Positions 1 to 10,031 are shown, counted from the first letter of the stretch. The stretch is 64,000 bases of DNA from Terriglobales bacterium (GCA_036008085.1 DASYOD010000041.1:9695-73694); one strand, 5' to 3'. Made by a program: numbers and translations. The notes: generated by a model from the letters alone, not told the origin.

Positions 1-1669
1 CGAACATGAATTGGGCCAGGGTGCGCGCGACTTCAGTTTTGCCGACGCCCGTGGGACCAAGGAACAGAAACGATCCGATGGGCCGATTCGGGTTCTTCAA
101 GCCAGCGCGGCTGCGGCGGATGGCGCGAGCCAAAGCACTGATGGCTTTGTCCTGGCTAATGATGCGCTTGTGCAGCTCTTCTTCTATGCGCAGCAGTTTC
201 TGGGTCTCTTCTTCTTTGATCGACGTTACGGGCACGCCGGTCCAGCGCGAGACCACGTCTTCAATGTCCTCACGGCCGACTACACCGGTCGAAGATTCGT
301 CCAGATGATATTTTTCGCGAAGAGCGCGCAGGTTCTCGCGCTCTTTGCGTTCCTCGTCCGAATAGAAACGGGCCTTTTCGAACTCATGGTTCGCAATGGC
401 GTTTTCCATACGGTGAACGATGAACTTGATGCGCTTCTGCACTTCGGTAAGTTCCTCAGGCAGCGAAGTCTGGCGCAGCTTTACGCGGGCACCGGCTTCG
501 TCGACCAGGTCGATTGCCTTGTCTGGCAGGAAGCGGTCGGGAATATAACGATTCGAGTGCGATACCGCGAAGTTGATGGCATCGTCGGTATAGGTGACAG
601 CGTGAAACTTCTCGTACCGGTCTTTGATCCCGAATAAAATCTTGGTGGCGTCGGCTTCGTTGGGCGGTGGAACTTTCACCGCCTGGAAGCGGCGTTCGAG
701 CGAGCGGTCTTTTTCGATGGACTTGCGATACTCGCCCGGGGTCGTCGCGCCGATGCACTGGATTTCTCCGCGTGACAGCGCTGGCTTGAGAATGTTGGCG
801 GCATCGAGCGAGCCTTCAGCCGAGCCTGCGCCAACGAGAGTGTGCAACTCATCAATAAAGATGATCGAGTTCTGCGACTCCATCAATTCCTTCATGATGG
901 TCTTGAGGCGCTCTTCGAACTGGCCACGATATTTGGTGCCGGCGACGATTAGTGACAGATCGAGCGCAAGAATGCGTTTGTCAGCGAGGAACGACGGCAC
1001 TTCACCATCGGCGATGCGTTGTGCGAGGCCTTCGACGATAGCGGTTTTTCCTACGCCAGGTTCGCCGATCAACACCGGATTGTTTTTGGTGCGGCGGCAG
1101 AGGATTTGAACCACGCGTTCCAGTTCGCCGTCGCGTCCAACGAGAGGATCGAGTTGAGAATCCATTGCTGCCTGGGTGAGATCGCGCGAGAATTCGCTTA
1201 ACAGCGACGATTCACGCTGGCGCTGGGGCTGAGCTTTTTCCTGGCTGGTGCGAGCCAGTTCTTCGCGGATGGTCGAAAGTCTCAAGCCGCGCTCGTGCAG
1301 GATCTCAGCGGCAAAGCATTTTTCTTCGCGCAACAAACCCAACAGCAAATGCTCGGTGCCAATATGTTTATGGGAAAGGCGTTCCGCCTCTTCTGCAGCG
1401 TAGGCGAGGACGCGCTTGCATTCGTTGCTGAGCGGCAGGTCCACCGAGGTGGAAACCTTCTCGCGAATGGTGGTGTGGCCTTCGATCTGTTTACGGATGG
1501 ATTCGACCGAAGCGTGGGAACGTAGAAAGCGGTTGGTCAGGGCTTTATCTTCGCGTAGAAGTCCCAGCAGAAGATGTTCTGTCTCAATATAAGGAGACCC
1601 GAACTGGCTGGCTTCGTAGCGCGCGAAAAAGATGACGCGCCTTGCCTTCTCCGTATAGCGTTCAAACAT
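1..1669 (-). CDS. clpC: Clp/Hsp100 AAA+ chaperone ATPase, ClpC/ClpA type (N-terminal about 555 aa; 3' end runs off the window)
   Basis: My minus-strand translation from the ATG at 1669 gives [41 protein letters not shown] (Clp_N-like). D1 Walker [14 protein letters not shown] lies near 1040-1080 and D2 Walker [14 protein letters not shown] near 20-60. The plus-strand ORFs listed here are antisense artefacts. Confidence 0.85.
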   Translation of the reverse strand, partial: MFERYTEKARRVIFFARYEASQFGSPYIETEHLLLGLLREDKALTNRFLRSHASVESIRKQIEGHTTIREKVSTSVDLPLSNECKRVLAYAAEEAERLSHKHIGTEHLLLGLLREEKCFAAEILHERGLRLSTIREELARTSQEKAQPQRQRESSLLSEFSRDLTQAAMDSQLDPLVGRDGELERVVQILCRRTKNNPVLIGEPGVGKTAIVEGLAQRIADGEVPSFLADKRILALDLSLIVAGTKYRGQFEERLKTIMKELMESQNSIIFIDELHTLVGAGSAEGSLDAANILKPALSRGEIQCIGATTPGEYRKSIEKDRSLERRFQAVKVPPPNEADATKILFGIKDRYEKFHAVTYTDDAINFAVSHSNRYIPDRFLPDKAIDLVDEAGARVKLRQTSLPEELTEVQKRIKFIVHRMENAIANHEFEKARFYSDEERKERENLRALREKYHLDESSTGVVGREDIEDVVSRWTGVPVTSIKEEETQKLLRIEEELHKRIISQDKAISALARAIRRSRAGLKNPNRPIGSFLFLGPTGVGKTEVARTLAQFMF

Positions 1670-1757
1670 ATGGCCCTCTCCCCAGAGTTCTCGGGAAGCT
1701 TAGCGGGTCAACCTGGCGGCCCTGCTCCTCGGATCTCCCCTGACCCTCAGTTAATGG

Positions 1758-1773
1758 TGCAATCGACGTGCCA
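1758..1773 (-). promoter_or_regulatory. candidate sigma-54 (RpoN) -24/-12 promoter upstream of the clpC-like gene
   Basis: The minus strand reads TGGCAC-GTCGA-TTGCA, an exact fit to TGGCAC-N5-TTGCW. It lies about 90 nt upstream of the ATG at 1669. Confidence 0.55.
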
Positions 1774-2149
1774 ACCGCTACACTCTTTATATCGCAGATT
1801 TGGCGCGCAATTATCAGTTACCAAAGACACTTACTTGTCGCTTCTCGGCAAGTGATTGCAACTTTCTGCCGTGGCCGACTGGCGGCGTTTTCAGCTGCCA
1901 TCCTTTCTGTCATCTCTTTTATCATTCCGACACGTCGTGCGACAAAAGTCAATTACCTCTAGGTGCCACCTTTAACACTCACCGTATCAAATCGTAGACC
2001 AAGCGGCCCAACGCAGTGAGCCTGATAAACACCCAAATCATTTTGACCCATCGCGGCTGCGGCTGATGAGCGCGCTTTGCGCTGTTCGTATATGCCCTAG
2101 TCCGACACAGATCAGAAAATGCAACCCGTCCAAATGAGTCTGCAACCTC

Positions 2150-2860
2150 TCATGCGGGCAACGTCTCCGGCGCTACTTCTTCGATCCTTCCCTGCTGCAA
2201 CCTCAAGACGCGCTGACAACGACGGGCAAACGCGAAGTTGTGGGTGGCGATGAGGGAAGTCAACTGGTAATCGCGATGCAATCGGGCGATCAACTCAAAG
2301 ACTGAATCTGCGGTACGGCTATCGAGATCCCCGGTAGGCTCGTCTGCCAGCAGAAGTTTGGGGTTGGTGATCAAGGCTCGAGCCAGAGCAACCCGCTGCT
2401 GTTCACCGCCTGAAAGCTCTCCCGAACGATGATGCGAACGCTGATCCAACCCAACCTCACCGAGCCACCGCGAAGCTTCTGCCTGCACCTCTGACCATGG
2501 CCGACCTCGAAGCAGCAGTGGCATCGCCACATTCTCCAGCGCCGTAAACTCCGGCAGCAGGTAGTGGAATTGCCAGACGAAGCCGACTTCGCGGTTACGA
2601 AACTCGGCTGCAGCGTTTTCCGAGAGCGAACTTAGTCGCGAGTTGGCGAAGTATACGTCACCCGCGGAAGGACGATCAAGCGCGCCCAGAATATGCAGTA
2701 ACGTACTCTTTCCGGCACCTGATTCGCCGACGATGGCGAGCATTTCGCCTTTATCCGCCTGAAACGACAAGTTTTCAAAGAGCACTAAATCAGATTTTCC
2801 GGACCGGAAGACCTTCTTGAGACCCTCGATCCTTAATAACGCCTCGATACTTAGATGCAC
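2150..2860 (-). CDS. lolD: ABC transporter ATP-binding protein, LolD/MacB-FtsE-like (lipoprotein release)
   Basis: 236 aa with Walker [10 protein letters not shown], signature [15 protein letters not shown] and Walker [16 protein letters not shown] start. Confidence 0.8.
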   Translation of the reverse strand: MHLSIEALLRIEGLKKVFRSGKSDLVLFENLSFQADKGEMLAIVGESGAGKSTLLHILGALDRPSAGDVYFANSRLSSLSENAAAEFRNREVGFVWQFHYLLPEFTALENVAMPLLLRGRPWSEVQAEASRWLGEVGLDQRSHHRSGELSGGEQQRVALARALITNPKLLLADEPTGDLDSRTADSVFELIARLHRDYQLTSLIATHNFAFARRCQRVLRLQQGRIEEVAPETLPA

Positions 2861-2877
2861 TGGTGGCGCTCTCCGTC

Positions 2878-3096
2878 TCAGGAATGCAGGCTTGCCGGGT
2901 GGTCATCTACCCGACTCACCTGACGAAAATACCACCACTCATTAAAACACGGGTACGGCGGAAACGTTTCATCTGGCGTTTCTACAAGAAACTGTAATTC
3001 AGTAGTTGCGGCGTGGATGTGACGACGGTCACCGATTTGCGGGCAGCCCCTGATGAGTAGGACGGTGCTGACGAACCGTTTGGTTGTCCGGTTCAT
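2878..3096 (-). CDS. small hypothetical protein (72 aa)
   Basis: Internal ATG of track ORF 2878..3234. It begins 15 nt after the stop of the propeller gene and ends 17 nt before the lolD GTG, so it fills the gap exactly. I recognise no family. Confidence 0.4.
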   Translation of the reverse strand: MNRTTKRFVSTVLLIRGCPQIGDRRHIHAATTELQFLVETPDETFPPYPCFNEWWYFRQVSRVDDHPASLHS

Positions 3097-3110
3097 CGCG
3101 AAAACCGCCG

Positions 3111-5384
3111 CTACTTTGTCCGAATAACGGTTTTTGCCGAAATCATGTTTTCGTATTGATCGTAGACGCGAACTACAACCACGTGCTCGATTTGTCCGCC
3201 AGCGCTGTTCTTCGGGGTCGCACACGAAGAACAAGCTGCCGGGATGGGGATGCGGAAGTCGTAACTCTCGGTCCGTGAATCTGACAATTGGCCGACCGGC
3301 TCAACGAATTGCCACTCACCTGCATCGACCGAATACTCGGCGCGCTTGATGGTTGAAAAACTGTCCGCGGCACGGAACGTCACGTGAATCTGATTGCCTT
3401 CAACCGAGGCAGCAAGATTTTCGATTTGCGGCGCAGTGGTGTCAACTTCGAACGGCGAGCTCTCTTTTTCCGCGGTCAACGCCTCTCCTGGCGAATGCGA
3501 AGGAGCGTCGGAAGCTACAATTTTGATCCTGTACAAGCCATCCGGGAGAAGCGAAGCGTCGAAGGAATAAAACTTTTCCGTCAAATTGTCTTTTAGCAAG
3601 AGCCACCGCGAATCCGCATCGCCGCGATAGTAAACCGAGTACACCATTTGATCATCGTTATCGTCGTGCACACTCCATTTCACGCCGATGGATTCGCGAT
3701 CATGAATGGGCGGCGGAGGCGGCGCGTCGAAGTGAGGTTGCTGGCCGGCTGCGCCGCCGATGTCTGGGCCAGTGGGCTTGGGCAGCGCCTGGTAACGCAC
3801 TCCGGTCTGCACCGTGATGTCGTCAAAATCAGGGGGTACATTTTTGGGCAGGTAATTGAGCGTGACGCTTTCCACCCGCGGTACGGGATTTCCCGCGCGC
3901 AGTAACGCTCTCCACTGAATGAATCGGGCTGGCGGCGCACTGACTGGGCTGGTGTTGTGCAGATCGATTTGTTGCCATGGGCTCCAGTTACGGTCTGGAT
4001 TGTCCACGTTGCCGCTGCGGGCGAAGAGTTCAACGTTACCGGTGCCGCGGAATTCGACGCGTCCCCAGCGGGAGAAAATGTGCGCGTCAAAAACATCGCT
4101 CTCGTAACTACCCTCCGATGCCGGGGTGGCGCTCAGCAGAAACACCTTGCCGAGATTGCTGGTCGACGCGTAAAGGCCTCCATGAGGAGCCTCGGCAAAC
4201 GCCGTGACCTGGGTTGCGCTGGCTTTGATTAAGTCGGTGAATTCGTCTTCTCCGCGAATAGCGAACACATGCCCGCGATTTCCCGTGCCAGCCAGCAGGC
4301 GGCCGTTTTGATCGAAGGCGAGAGCGTAGACAAGATCTTCGCGCGAGTTCCACAGGCGGCTGGGAGAGCCGTCCGGCGCGATGCGATAGATTTCTGAACC
4401 GCCGGCTGCGCTTGAACCGGACGACGAAAAGCTGACCGATGCGGGTGGCGCGCTAGCGCCGGCGCTGCTGATGACGATCCCACCCTGGCCGCTGCTCGAT
4501 GAGGACGGAGAACTTGGAATCGAAATTGGCGCAGAGAAGCCTGGCGCGGACGTGCCGCCATGCTTTTCGCCGGCTCCCGCGGCGTAGATGTTTCCCATTT
4601 TGTCGATGGCTAGCGCGGTGATTTCTTTTTTCGGGGCGCTGTAAAGCACGAAGCCTTCTCCGGCCGGCGAAATTCGGTAGACGAGGCCACTTCCGTCAGA
4701 ACCGGCGATCAAATTGCCCTTGGCATCGAGCCGCATTACGCGGATATGAGCTTCGTCGCTCTTGAAGAAGACCGAATGCTCGCCATTCGGCTTGACGCGA
4801 AAAATTTCTCCATGATCGCCGGTGGCTACGAACAGGTTGCCAGCGTCGTCGAGCAAGAGATTCCAGATGTATTTGGTGCCAGGCTCGAAATAGACGGATG
4901 AGCTCCACGGAGAATCTGCTGTTGTCTTGTCAGCGGATTTCTTATCTTTCGAACCTTTCCCTGTGGCAATCGCGTGAGGCTCGATTTTGTAAACTTTGCC
5001 GTCTGGATTGGTGGCCGCGTAGATGACCCCGCTCTCACTGACAACCAGCGCCTGCACTTGCAATTCTTGCGGCTCGAAAATCACGGAAGATTTTCCGTCG
5101 GGAGTAATTCGATAAACTCGCGCTGGCGAGCCGGCGGCGGCATAAATGTTGCCGTCGCGATCCGCGGCGATTGACCAGATATAGGTCGACGGAGTGGTGT
5201 ACAAGGCGGTGAAAGCGGGAGCCAGTTCCAATCCGCCGGTGCTGCGTATGGCCACCCCTTTGGGCGTGCCCTTGATCAGTTCATCGAATTTAGATTGTTC
5301 CCAGGTACGGGTGCCTTCGGCGAAGACAATGGAAGTCAGAATAAGAATAGAAAAACTACCAAACAGCCAGCGCAAACGAATCAA
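3111..5384 (-). CDS. secreted beta-propeller-like repeat protein with C-terminal Ig/Fn3-like region
   Basis: 757 aa with signal-peptide-like N-terminus MIRLRWLFGSFSILILTSIVFAEG. Recurrent blade-like motifs (DGNIYAA, SGVIYAAT, AGNLFVAT, KGNLIAGS, MGNIYAAG, NGRLLAGT) and a Ser/Gly/Ala-rich linker. TTG start preceded by GAGG. Confidence 0.65.
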   Translation of the reverse strand: MIRLRWLFGSFSILILTSIVFAEGTRTWEQSKFDELIKGTPKGVAIRSTGGLELAPAFTALYTTPSTYIWSIAADRDGNIYAAAGSPARVYRITPDGKSSVIFEPQELQVQALVVSESGVIYAATNPDGKVYKIEPHAIATGKGSKDKKSADKTTADSPWSSSVYFEPGTKYIWNLLLDDAGNLFVATGDHGEIFRVKPNGEHSVFFKSDEAHIRVMRLDAKGNLIAGSDGSGLVYRISPAGEGFVLYSAPKKEITALAIDKMGNIYAAGAGEKHGGTSAPGFSAPISIPSSPSSSSSGQGGIVISSAGASAPPASVSFSSSGSSAAGGSEIYRIAPDGSPSRLWNSREDLVYALAFDQNGRLLAGTGNRGHVFAIRGEDEFTDLIKASATQVTAFAEAPHGGLYASTSNLGKVFLLSATPASEGSYESDVFDAHIFSRWGRVEFRGTGNVELFARSGNVDNPDRNWSPWQQIDLHNTSPVSAPPARFIQWRALLRAGNPVPRVESVTLNYLPKNVPPDFDDITVQTGVRYQALPKPTGPDIGGAAGQQPHFDAPPPPPIHDRESIGVKWSVHDDNDDQMVYSVYYRGDADSRWLLLKDNLTEKFYSFDASLLPDGLYRIKIVASDAPSHSPGEALTAEKESSPFEVDTTAPQIENLAASVEGNQIHVTFRAADSFSTIKRAEYSVDAGEWQFVEPVGQLSDSRTESYDFRIPIPAACSSCATPKNSAGGQIEHVVVVRVYDQYENMISAKTVIRTK

Positions 5385-5477
5385 GTTGAATTACCTCTGT
5401 GCACAAATGTTGGGCGGAGAATTCAGGTTATCACGACGAGGGCAACAGAAAATTGCGCATCACAGGCACTCGTGTGG

Positions 5478-5566
5478 GGTGGACATTCCTGTCCGCCTCG
5501 TCGACAACGGAGATTTCTGCAGCTTGAGATCAACGTCAAGTGCAGCGGACAAGAATGTTCGCTGCA
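5478..5566. repeat. pair of REP-like hairpin units in inverted orientation
   Basis: GGTGGACATTCCTGTCCGCC (5478-5497) and TGCAGCGGACAAGAATGTTCGCTGCA (5541-5566). Each is self-complementary, and the 16-nt cores 5481-5496 and 5545-5560 are complementary at 14/16. Lies in the gap between two minus-strand genes. Confidence 0.5.
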
Positions 5567-5572
5567 CACGGC

Positions 5573-7387
5573 CTACTTAATGTTGATAGTCAGCACTTGG
5601 GCGCCGGCTACTACGTAGTCGAGCGGGGCTGTGGCGGCTTCGTTTACCGACGATTCGTTGGAGACAACCATGTCCTGGGTGCCGCGCATGCCATCCATTA
5701 CGTTCATGATAGACAACGGGAGAGTGGGCATCACCTTGTCGGCGACCATGGCTTGGGGATCGGCTTCGAGCAGGGAAACGTAGACGCGATTGTTGACGTG
5801 TTCTTTGTTGAGCGCGGCGATGGTTGAAGCCAGATCAAGTCTGCGTCCGAGAAGCGATGAGCCACGGCTGAAATGGTCGAGCGTGTCACCGTCACTGACC
5901 AGAATTCGCAGCTGTCCTTTGGAAGTAGACGGCGGAATGTGGATGGGAATGTGTTGCACCACGCCTTCGCCGCGGTACGGACGCAGCATGGCTTCAATCG
6001 TGATGTCGTCGCCAGGCCGGGCTTCTGTAATGTCGGTACGGGCGCTTTCAAGACGGGCCCAGTGGCGTTCGCGGACGATATCGTAATCCAGTTGCACGCC
6101 GTGAATCTCGGGCATGCTATACGGATTGTCAAAGATGCGGCTGAAGCGCTCGCCCAGCGCGGCAGCGGCGAGCATGGCTCCGGGCTGTCCACCGTCGACG
6201 GCAGCAAACATATCTTGCATGGTCACCGCTGGATATCCGTCAACGCTAATGCTCCCAGTCATCCGATAAGTAGTTTCCTCACCGTACTCGTTCACGCCGT
6301 GCAATGCGTTGAACACCGTAGCCATCATTGCTACCGGGCTCAGGTGGGCGTTGTTGAGGATTTCGTAGTGGAATTGTTTGTCGGCTGATTCGCCGTGAAT
6401 GGTTAGGGTGACCGGAATCATCTCAGGCTTCTTGCCGAACTCTCCGAGGATGCCGTTGTGACGATCCTGCACAAACGAGCCTACAGTCTCAGTCGTATTC
6501 ACGATTTTGAAAGCGTTGAGCGGCGAGGGCAAAGTCGCGAGCACTGTCGCTTTGGTCATAGGGAGATCGACCGCGCCGAACTGCATCAGGGGATGGCCGC
6601 AGGCGAGAAGATGTTGTGCGTCCATATAAGTGACGGTGCAAGTGGCGGCAATGTTCATGTCACCCTGAACGAGGATCGCGCTGACTGCAGAGCCGGGTTC
6701 CATTGGCTCAGGCTGTTTGGCATTGCTGGCTGAACCGGCTCCCATCACCGGAACGATTCCGGCAGCGGCGAATTGTGACGAGAAGCGCTGCACTGTGTCT
6801 TCAGAGAATCCGTTGAAAACCAGCGGCGTTTCGATGGGCTTGAGATAGTTCGTGAAACCTTGAGTGGCGGAATCCTGCGCAGGAGAATTGGCAATGCCGG
6901 GGCTTGCAGTTTTGCTCGGAGAACGCGCGGCGGAGTGAGCTTCTATGGGCTCGGAAGCCGGACTGCGGTCGAGCGCGCTGATCTCGAGCATCTCAGCGAT
7001 CGGAGTGACACCGGCAATTGGTTCTTTCGAGAATTCACCGATGCGGAAGGCGACGGCGCCCGCGAGTTTTCCGTTCAGGTACACAGGGCTGCCGCTCATC
7101 CCGGCGACTACGCCGGTGTAGATTGCTTTGGCGCCGCCGAGGCGAATCAGGATTACGTCGCCCTTGGGACCATTCGCATTTTGCAGGACACCGAGCACCT
7201 CGACGTCCATGGCTTCGGGCTTTGTGCCCTCGAATACGGTATAGGCGACGCCGTGCATTCCGGCGTGGATCTGCTCGATGGGGATAGTCTCAACTGGCTT
7301 GGAAGTTTGGGCTGGGCTTGCGAAAGACAGTACGCTGCTAAGAACTACAAGGGCGGGAACGGCTCGTCTGAGTACACTTAGGCCCAC
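5573..7387 (-). CDS. secreted serine peptidase, SpoIVB/S55-like
   Basis: 604 aa with signal peptide MGLSVLRRAVPALVVLSSVLSFASPA. The block VVAGMSGSPVYLNGKLAGAVAF resembles the catalytic-serine block of SpoIVB-type peptidases (from memory). GTG start. Confidence 0.65.
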   Translation of the reverse strand: MGLSVLRRAVPALVVLSSVLSFASPAQTSKPVETIPIEQIHAGMHGVAYTVFEGTKPEAMDVEVLGVLQNANGPKGDVILIRLGGAKAIYTGVVAGMSGSPVYLNGKLAGAVAFRIGEFSKEPIAGVTPIAEMLEISALDRSPASEPIEAHSAARSPSKTASPGIANSPAQDSATQGFTNYLKPIETPLVFNGFSEDTVQRFSSQFAAAGIVPVMGAGSASNAKQPEPMEPGSAVSAILVQGDMNIAATCTVTYMDAQHLLACGHPLMQFGAVDLPMTKATVLATLPSPLNAFKIVNTTETVGSFVQDRHNGILGEFGKKPEMIPVTLTIHGESADKQFHYEILNNAHLSPVAMMATVFNALHGVNEYGEETTYRMTGSISVDGYPAVTMQDMFAAVDGGQPGAMLAAAALGERFSRIFDNPYSMPEIHGVQLDYDIVRERHWARLESARTDITEARPGDDITIEAMLRPYRGEGVVQHIPIHIPPSTSKGQLRILVSDGDTLDHFSRGSSLLGRRLDLASTIAALNKEHVNNRVYVSLLEADPQAMVADKVMPTLPLSIMNVMDGMRGTQDMVVSNESSVNEAATAPLDYVVAGAQVLTINIK

Positions 7388-7557
7388 GATTCACCCACAC
7401 TTTTCCCCGAGAACCGCCAACTGGTTCTCAAAAAAAACAGATTACACTTCATGTGTTGTTCGCGATCTGCCGGGAAGGAGGAGGTTGGTTAAAGGTCGAA
7501 CATCCCAATCGCGAAGCTCTGCGTCTATACTAGCATAAGGTTTTCCGAGGAGATCAA

Positions 7558-8751
7558 ATGTTTTCTTGCTTTACCCTGGCTCGAAAGTACCTATGCCACC
7601 TCTCGTTCTTATTAGGTTTGATTCTTGGAACCTTTAATTTGTTGCCCCTCGCTCAGGACCAGGGGTCCTCGGCACCTTCAAAAGGCCAGAGTGAGCCTCC
7701 CGATGCGGCAGGGGGTCCGCAATCCGATGTCGGCCCCTATGCCATCCCCAAGAAAAAGGACGAACCGCCACCACCCCCGCCTCCGGAGAAGCCGAAAAAG
7801 ATCGAGGGGATGCCGGATTATTCCATCCGCGTGGACATTCCGCTGGTTGAAGTGCCGGTCATGGTCACGACCAAAGATGGGCAGTTTATCTCCAGTTTGA
7901 AGAAGGAAAATTTCCGCATTAGCGAGGATGGATCGCCGCAGACCATCAGCAACTTTACGATCTCAGAAGCGCCAATTACAGCCGTGCTGCTGGTCGAGTT
8001 TGCGGCTGGCGATTACTTCTTCATGAATGACATTCTGCATGCGTCTTATTCGTTCGTAAGCACGTTGAAGAAAGATGACTGGCTGGCGGTGATCTCTTAT
8101 GACATGAAGGATTACATTCTGGCCGACTTCACGCAGAACAAGCAGGAGGCGTACGGGGCGCTGAACCAGTTGCGCATTCCGGGCTTCACGGAAACTAATC
8201 TGTTCGACGCGCTTTACGATTCGCTGGACCGGGTAGACCGCATTGAAGGCCACAAGTACATCATTCTGGTTACCACCGGGATCGACACTTTCAGCAAACT
8301 CAATCTCGACCAGATCACGAAGAAGATCAAGTCTACAAAGGATGTAACGATTTTCCCTATCAGCGTGGGATGGGCGATCCGGGAATATTTCGAAGCGCGG
8401 GGTGGGGCGGCTCCGCATGGCATGGGCATCCCAATCAATCAAATGGATTACCTGCAGGCTGACAACGAGATGAATACTTTCGCTCGTTTGACTGGAGGGC
8501 GCGCTTACTTTCCGCGGTTTCAGGCGGAGTTCCCGGAAATTTTTCATCAGATCGGCGGAGACATTCGCAATCAGTACAGCATTGCCTATCATCCCAGTAA
8601 TCCCAAACTGGATGGCAGTTACCGCAAGCTGAAAGTGGAAGTGGTCGCGCCCGACGGCGGTCCGCTAAAGATTAAAGATCAGAAGGGGAAAGATTTGAAG
8701 TACATGGTGATTGCGCGCGAAGGGTACACGGCGAAGCACACCGTGGAATAA
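7558..8751 (+). CDS. VWA domain protein (VWFA-related acidobacterial type)
   Basis: 397 aa. N-terminal hydrophobic segment, Pro-rich linker PPPPPPPEKPKK, then a VWA-like body. ATG preceded by GAGGAG. Confidence 0.7.
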   Translation: MFSCFTLARKYLCHLSFLLGLILGTFNLLPLAQDQGSSAPSKGQSEPPDAAGGPQSDVGPYAIPKKKDEPPPPPPPEKPKKIEGMPDYSIRVDIPLVEVPVMVTTKDGQFISSLKKENFRISEDGSPQTISNFTISEAPITAVLLVEFAAGDYFFMNDILHASYSFVSTLKKDDWLAVISYDMKDYILADFTQNKQEAYGALNQLRIPGFTETNLFDALYDSLDRVDRIEGHKYIILVTTGIDTFSKLNLDQITKKIKSTKDVTIFPISVGWAIREYFEARGGAAPHGMGIPINQMDYLQADNEMNTFARLTGGRAYFPRFQAEFPEIFHQIGGDIRNQYSIAYHPSNPKLDGSYRKLKVEVVAPDGGPLKIKDQKGKDLKYMVIAREGYTAKHTVE

Positions 8752-8758
8752 AGGTCTA

Positions 8759-8774
8759 GCACCGGAATCGGTGC
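8759..8774. terminator. short hairpin between convergent genes
   Basis: GCACCG-GAAT-CGGTGC, 8 nt after the VWA stop and 24 nt before the ZIP gene stop. A T-run (GGTTTTT) lies further downstream. Confidence 0.3.
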
Positions 8775-8797
8775 CCCTCACATCAGGTTTTTAGTCT

Positions 8798-9529
8798 TCA
8801 ATGAACGTGGGCGAAGTGGTCCAGTAAAAACATGAAGCCTACGCCGAGGAAAACTACCAGGGCCATTTTTGCTCCGGGCTCGCGGTTTACTTCGGGTATC
8901 AGATCTGAGGCGGCTACGTAGATCGTTACTCCCGCCGAAAGCGGCAGTCCAAAACTCACTTCGCGCCGGAAGACTGCCATAGTCGCTACGCCTGCGAAGG
9001 TCGCGATTCCGAGCAGCACTGATGCGCCCCAGGCCACACTTCTACTTTGGCCGCTGGCCATCATTACTGAGCTGATGGTGAAGCCTTCGGGAATCTTGTG
9101 CAGGAAAATTGCCAGGAAAATTATCCATCCCAGAAAGTTTGAAACCAGAAAGCCGGAGGCGATGGCGATGCCGTCGAAAAAAGTGTGAATGATCAGGCCA
9201 ACGAGGATCGAGTATCCCTTGTGCGTGTGAACGAATTGGTCCTTGTGGGTTTCTTCTCCGAAATGGAAGTGGGTGGTTACGGTGTGCTCGAAGAAATGAA
9301 CGATCAAGTAGCCGACGAGAACCAGAAAGGCCGCGCTTTTGCCGCGTAATTCCAAAGCGGCGGGAAATACTTCCACGATGGCCGTTGCCAACATGAATCC
9401 CGCGCCCAGGGCGACGAAATATCGGAGATAAGAACGATCCCAATGCTTTTGCACGATAATGGCGCCGCCGAACACATTGGCGACTGCGGCTGTGAGGCCC
9501 AGAAGCAGGCTAAGAAGAATGGGATGCAT
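8798..9529 (-). CDS. zupT: ZIP family divalent metal transporter
   Basis: 243 aa polytopic membrane protein with the HKIPEGF motif and His-rich loop HFHFGEETHKDQFVHTHKG. Confidence 0.75.
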   Translation of the reverse strand: MHPILLSLLLGLTAAVANVFGGAIIVQKHWDRSYLRYFVALGAGFMLATAIVEVFPAALELRGKSAAFLVLVGYLIVHFFEHTVTTHFHFGEETHKDQFVHTHKGYSILVGLIIHTFFDGIAIASGFLVSNFLGWIIFLAIFLHKIPEGFTISSVMMASGQSRSVAWGASVLLGIATFAGVATMAVFRREVSFGLPLSAGVTIYVAASDLIPEVNREPGAKMALVVFLGVGFMFLLDHFAHVH

Positions 9530-9780
9530 TTGGGGAGGATGATATCAGTTCTCCGGTTCCCAGTTTTCGCGCAGGTTCGGCAAGGGCCCGACTTCAGTCG
9601 TGCTGCTGGGTCGTCGAAATGCGGGAGCGCTTCCGCGCCTGACGCTACATTCTTGTGTTCACGACGGTTTTTCCACACCTTTTTCCAGCGCCGGCATTCA
9701 CTTCTCAATGGCTCATGGCGCGCGCCCCTTCACAACTCAATGCCTGAACAGCTTGCGGAAAAACGTTCGGCGTCGGAGTT

Positions 9781-9860
9781 TTGAAGGGGCACGGCTTCCC
9801 AGCCGTGCCTTAAGTCTTTGAAAATGCTGTAAGGCGGGGCTGAAAGCCGCGCCCCTTCAA
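9781..9860. repeat. compound REP-like element (two hairpins nested in a 9-bp outer inverted repeat)
   Basis: Outer arms are TTGAAGGGG (9781-9789) and CCCCTTCAA (9852-9860). Inner hairpins are GGCACGGCT/AGCCGTGCC (9788-9809) and GGCGGGGCT/AGCCGCGCC (9833-9853). Confidence 0.55.
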
Positions 9861-10002
9861 GGATCCAGTCGCCGAAGCGAAGGTTTTCGTAGCTTGTGAA
9901 ACCGTGCGCTGTGAATGCGAAATGAGTTCGGAATTTATTCATCAGACGGCTGAGAAAAACCGCGCGCATGTATTCTGTGACGACGTTGCAAAATTTTTCA
10001 TC

Positions 10003-10031
10003 TTGACAGCCCATGGCCTCTAGCCCACAAT
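10003..10031 (+). promoter_or_regulatory. candidate sigma-70-type promoter (TTGACA-17-CACAAT)
   Basis: Perfect -35 TTGACA at 10003-10008, a 17-nt spacer, then CACAAT at 10026-10031. This would give a leader of about 270 nt before the ATG at 10303. Confidence 0.35.

Noticed and set aside
3097-3234. Longer 118-aa version of the small ORF between the propeller gene and lolD.
   Set aside because: The upstream 46 codons overlap the 3' end of the propeller gene. Only the part from the ATG at 3096 is kept, and that only at low confidence.
9540-9547. TGATATCA palindrome 11 nt upstream of the ZIP transporter start, considered as a Zur/Fur-type operator.
   Set aside because: It is only 8 bp, with no flanking AT-rich extension resembling known Zur or Fur boxes. 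That is too short to separate from chance.
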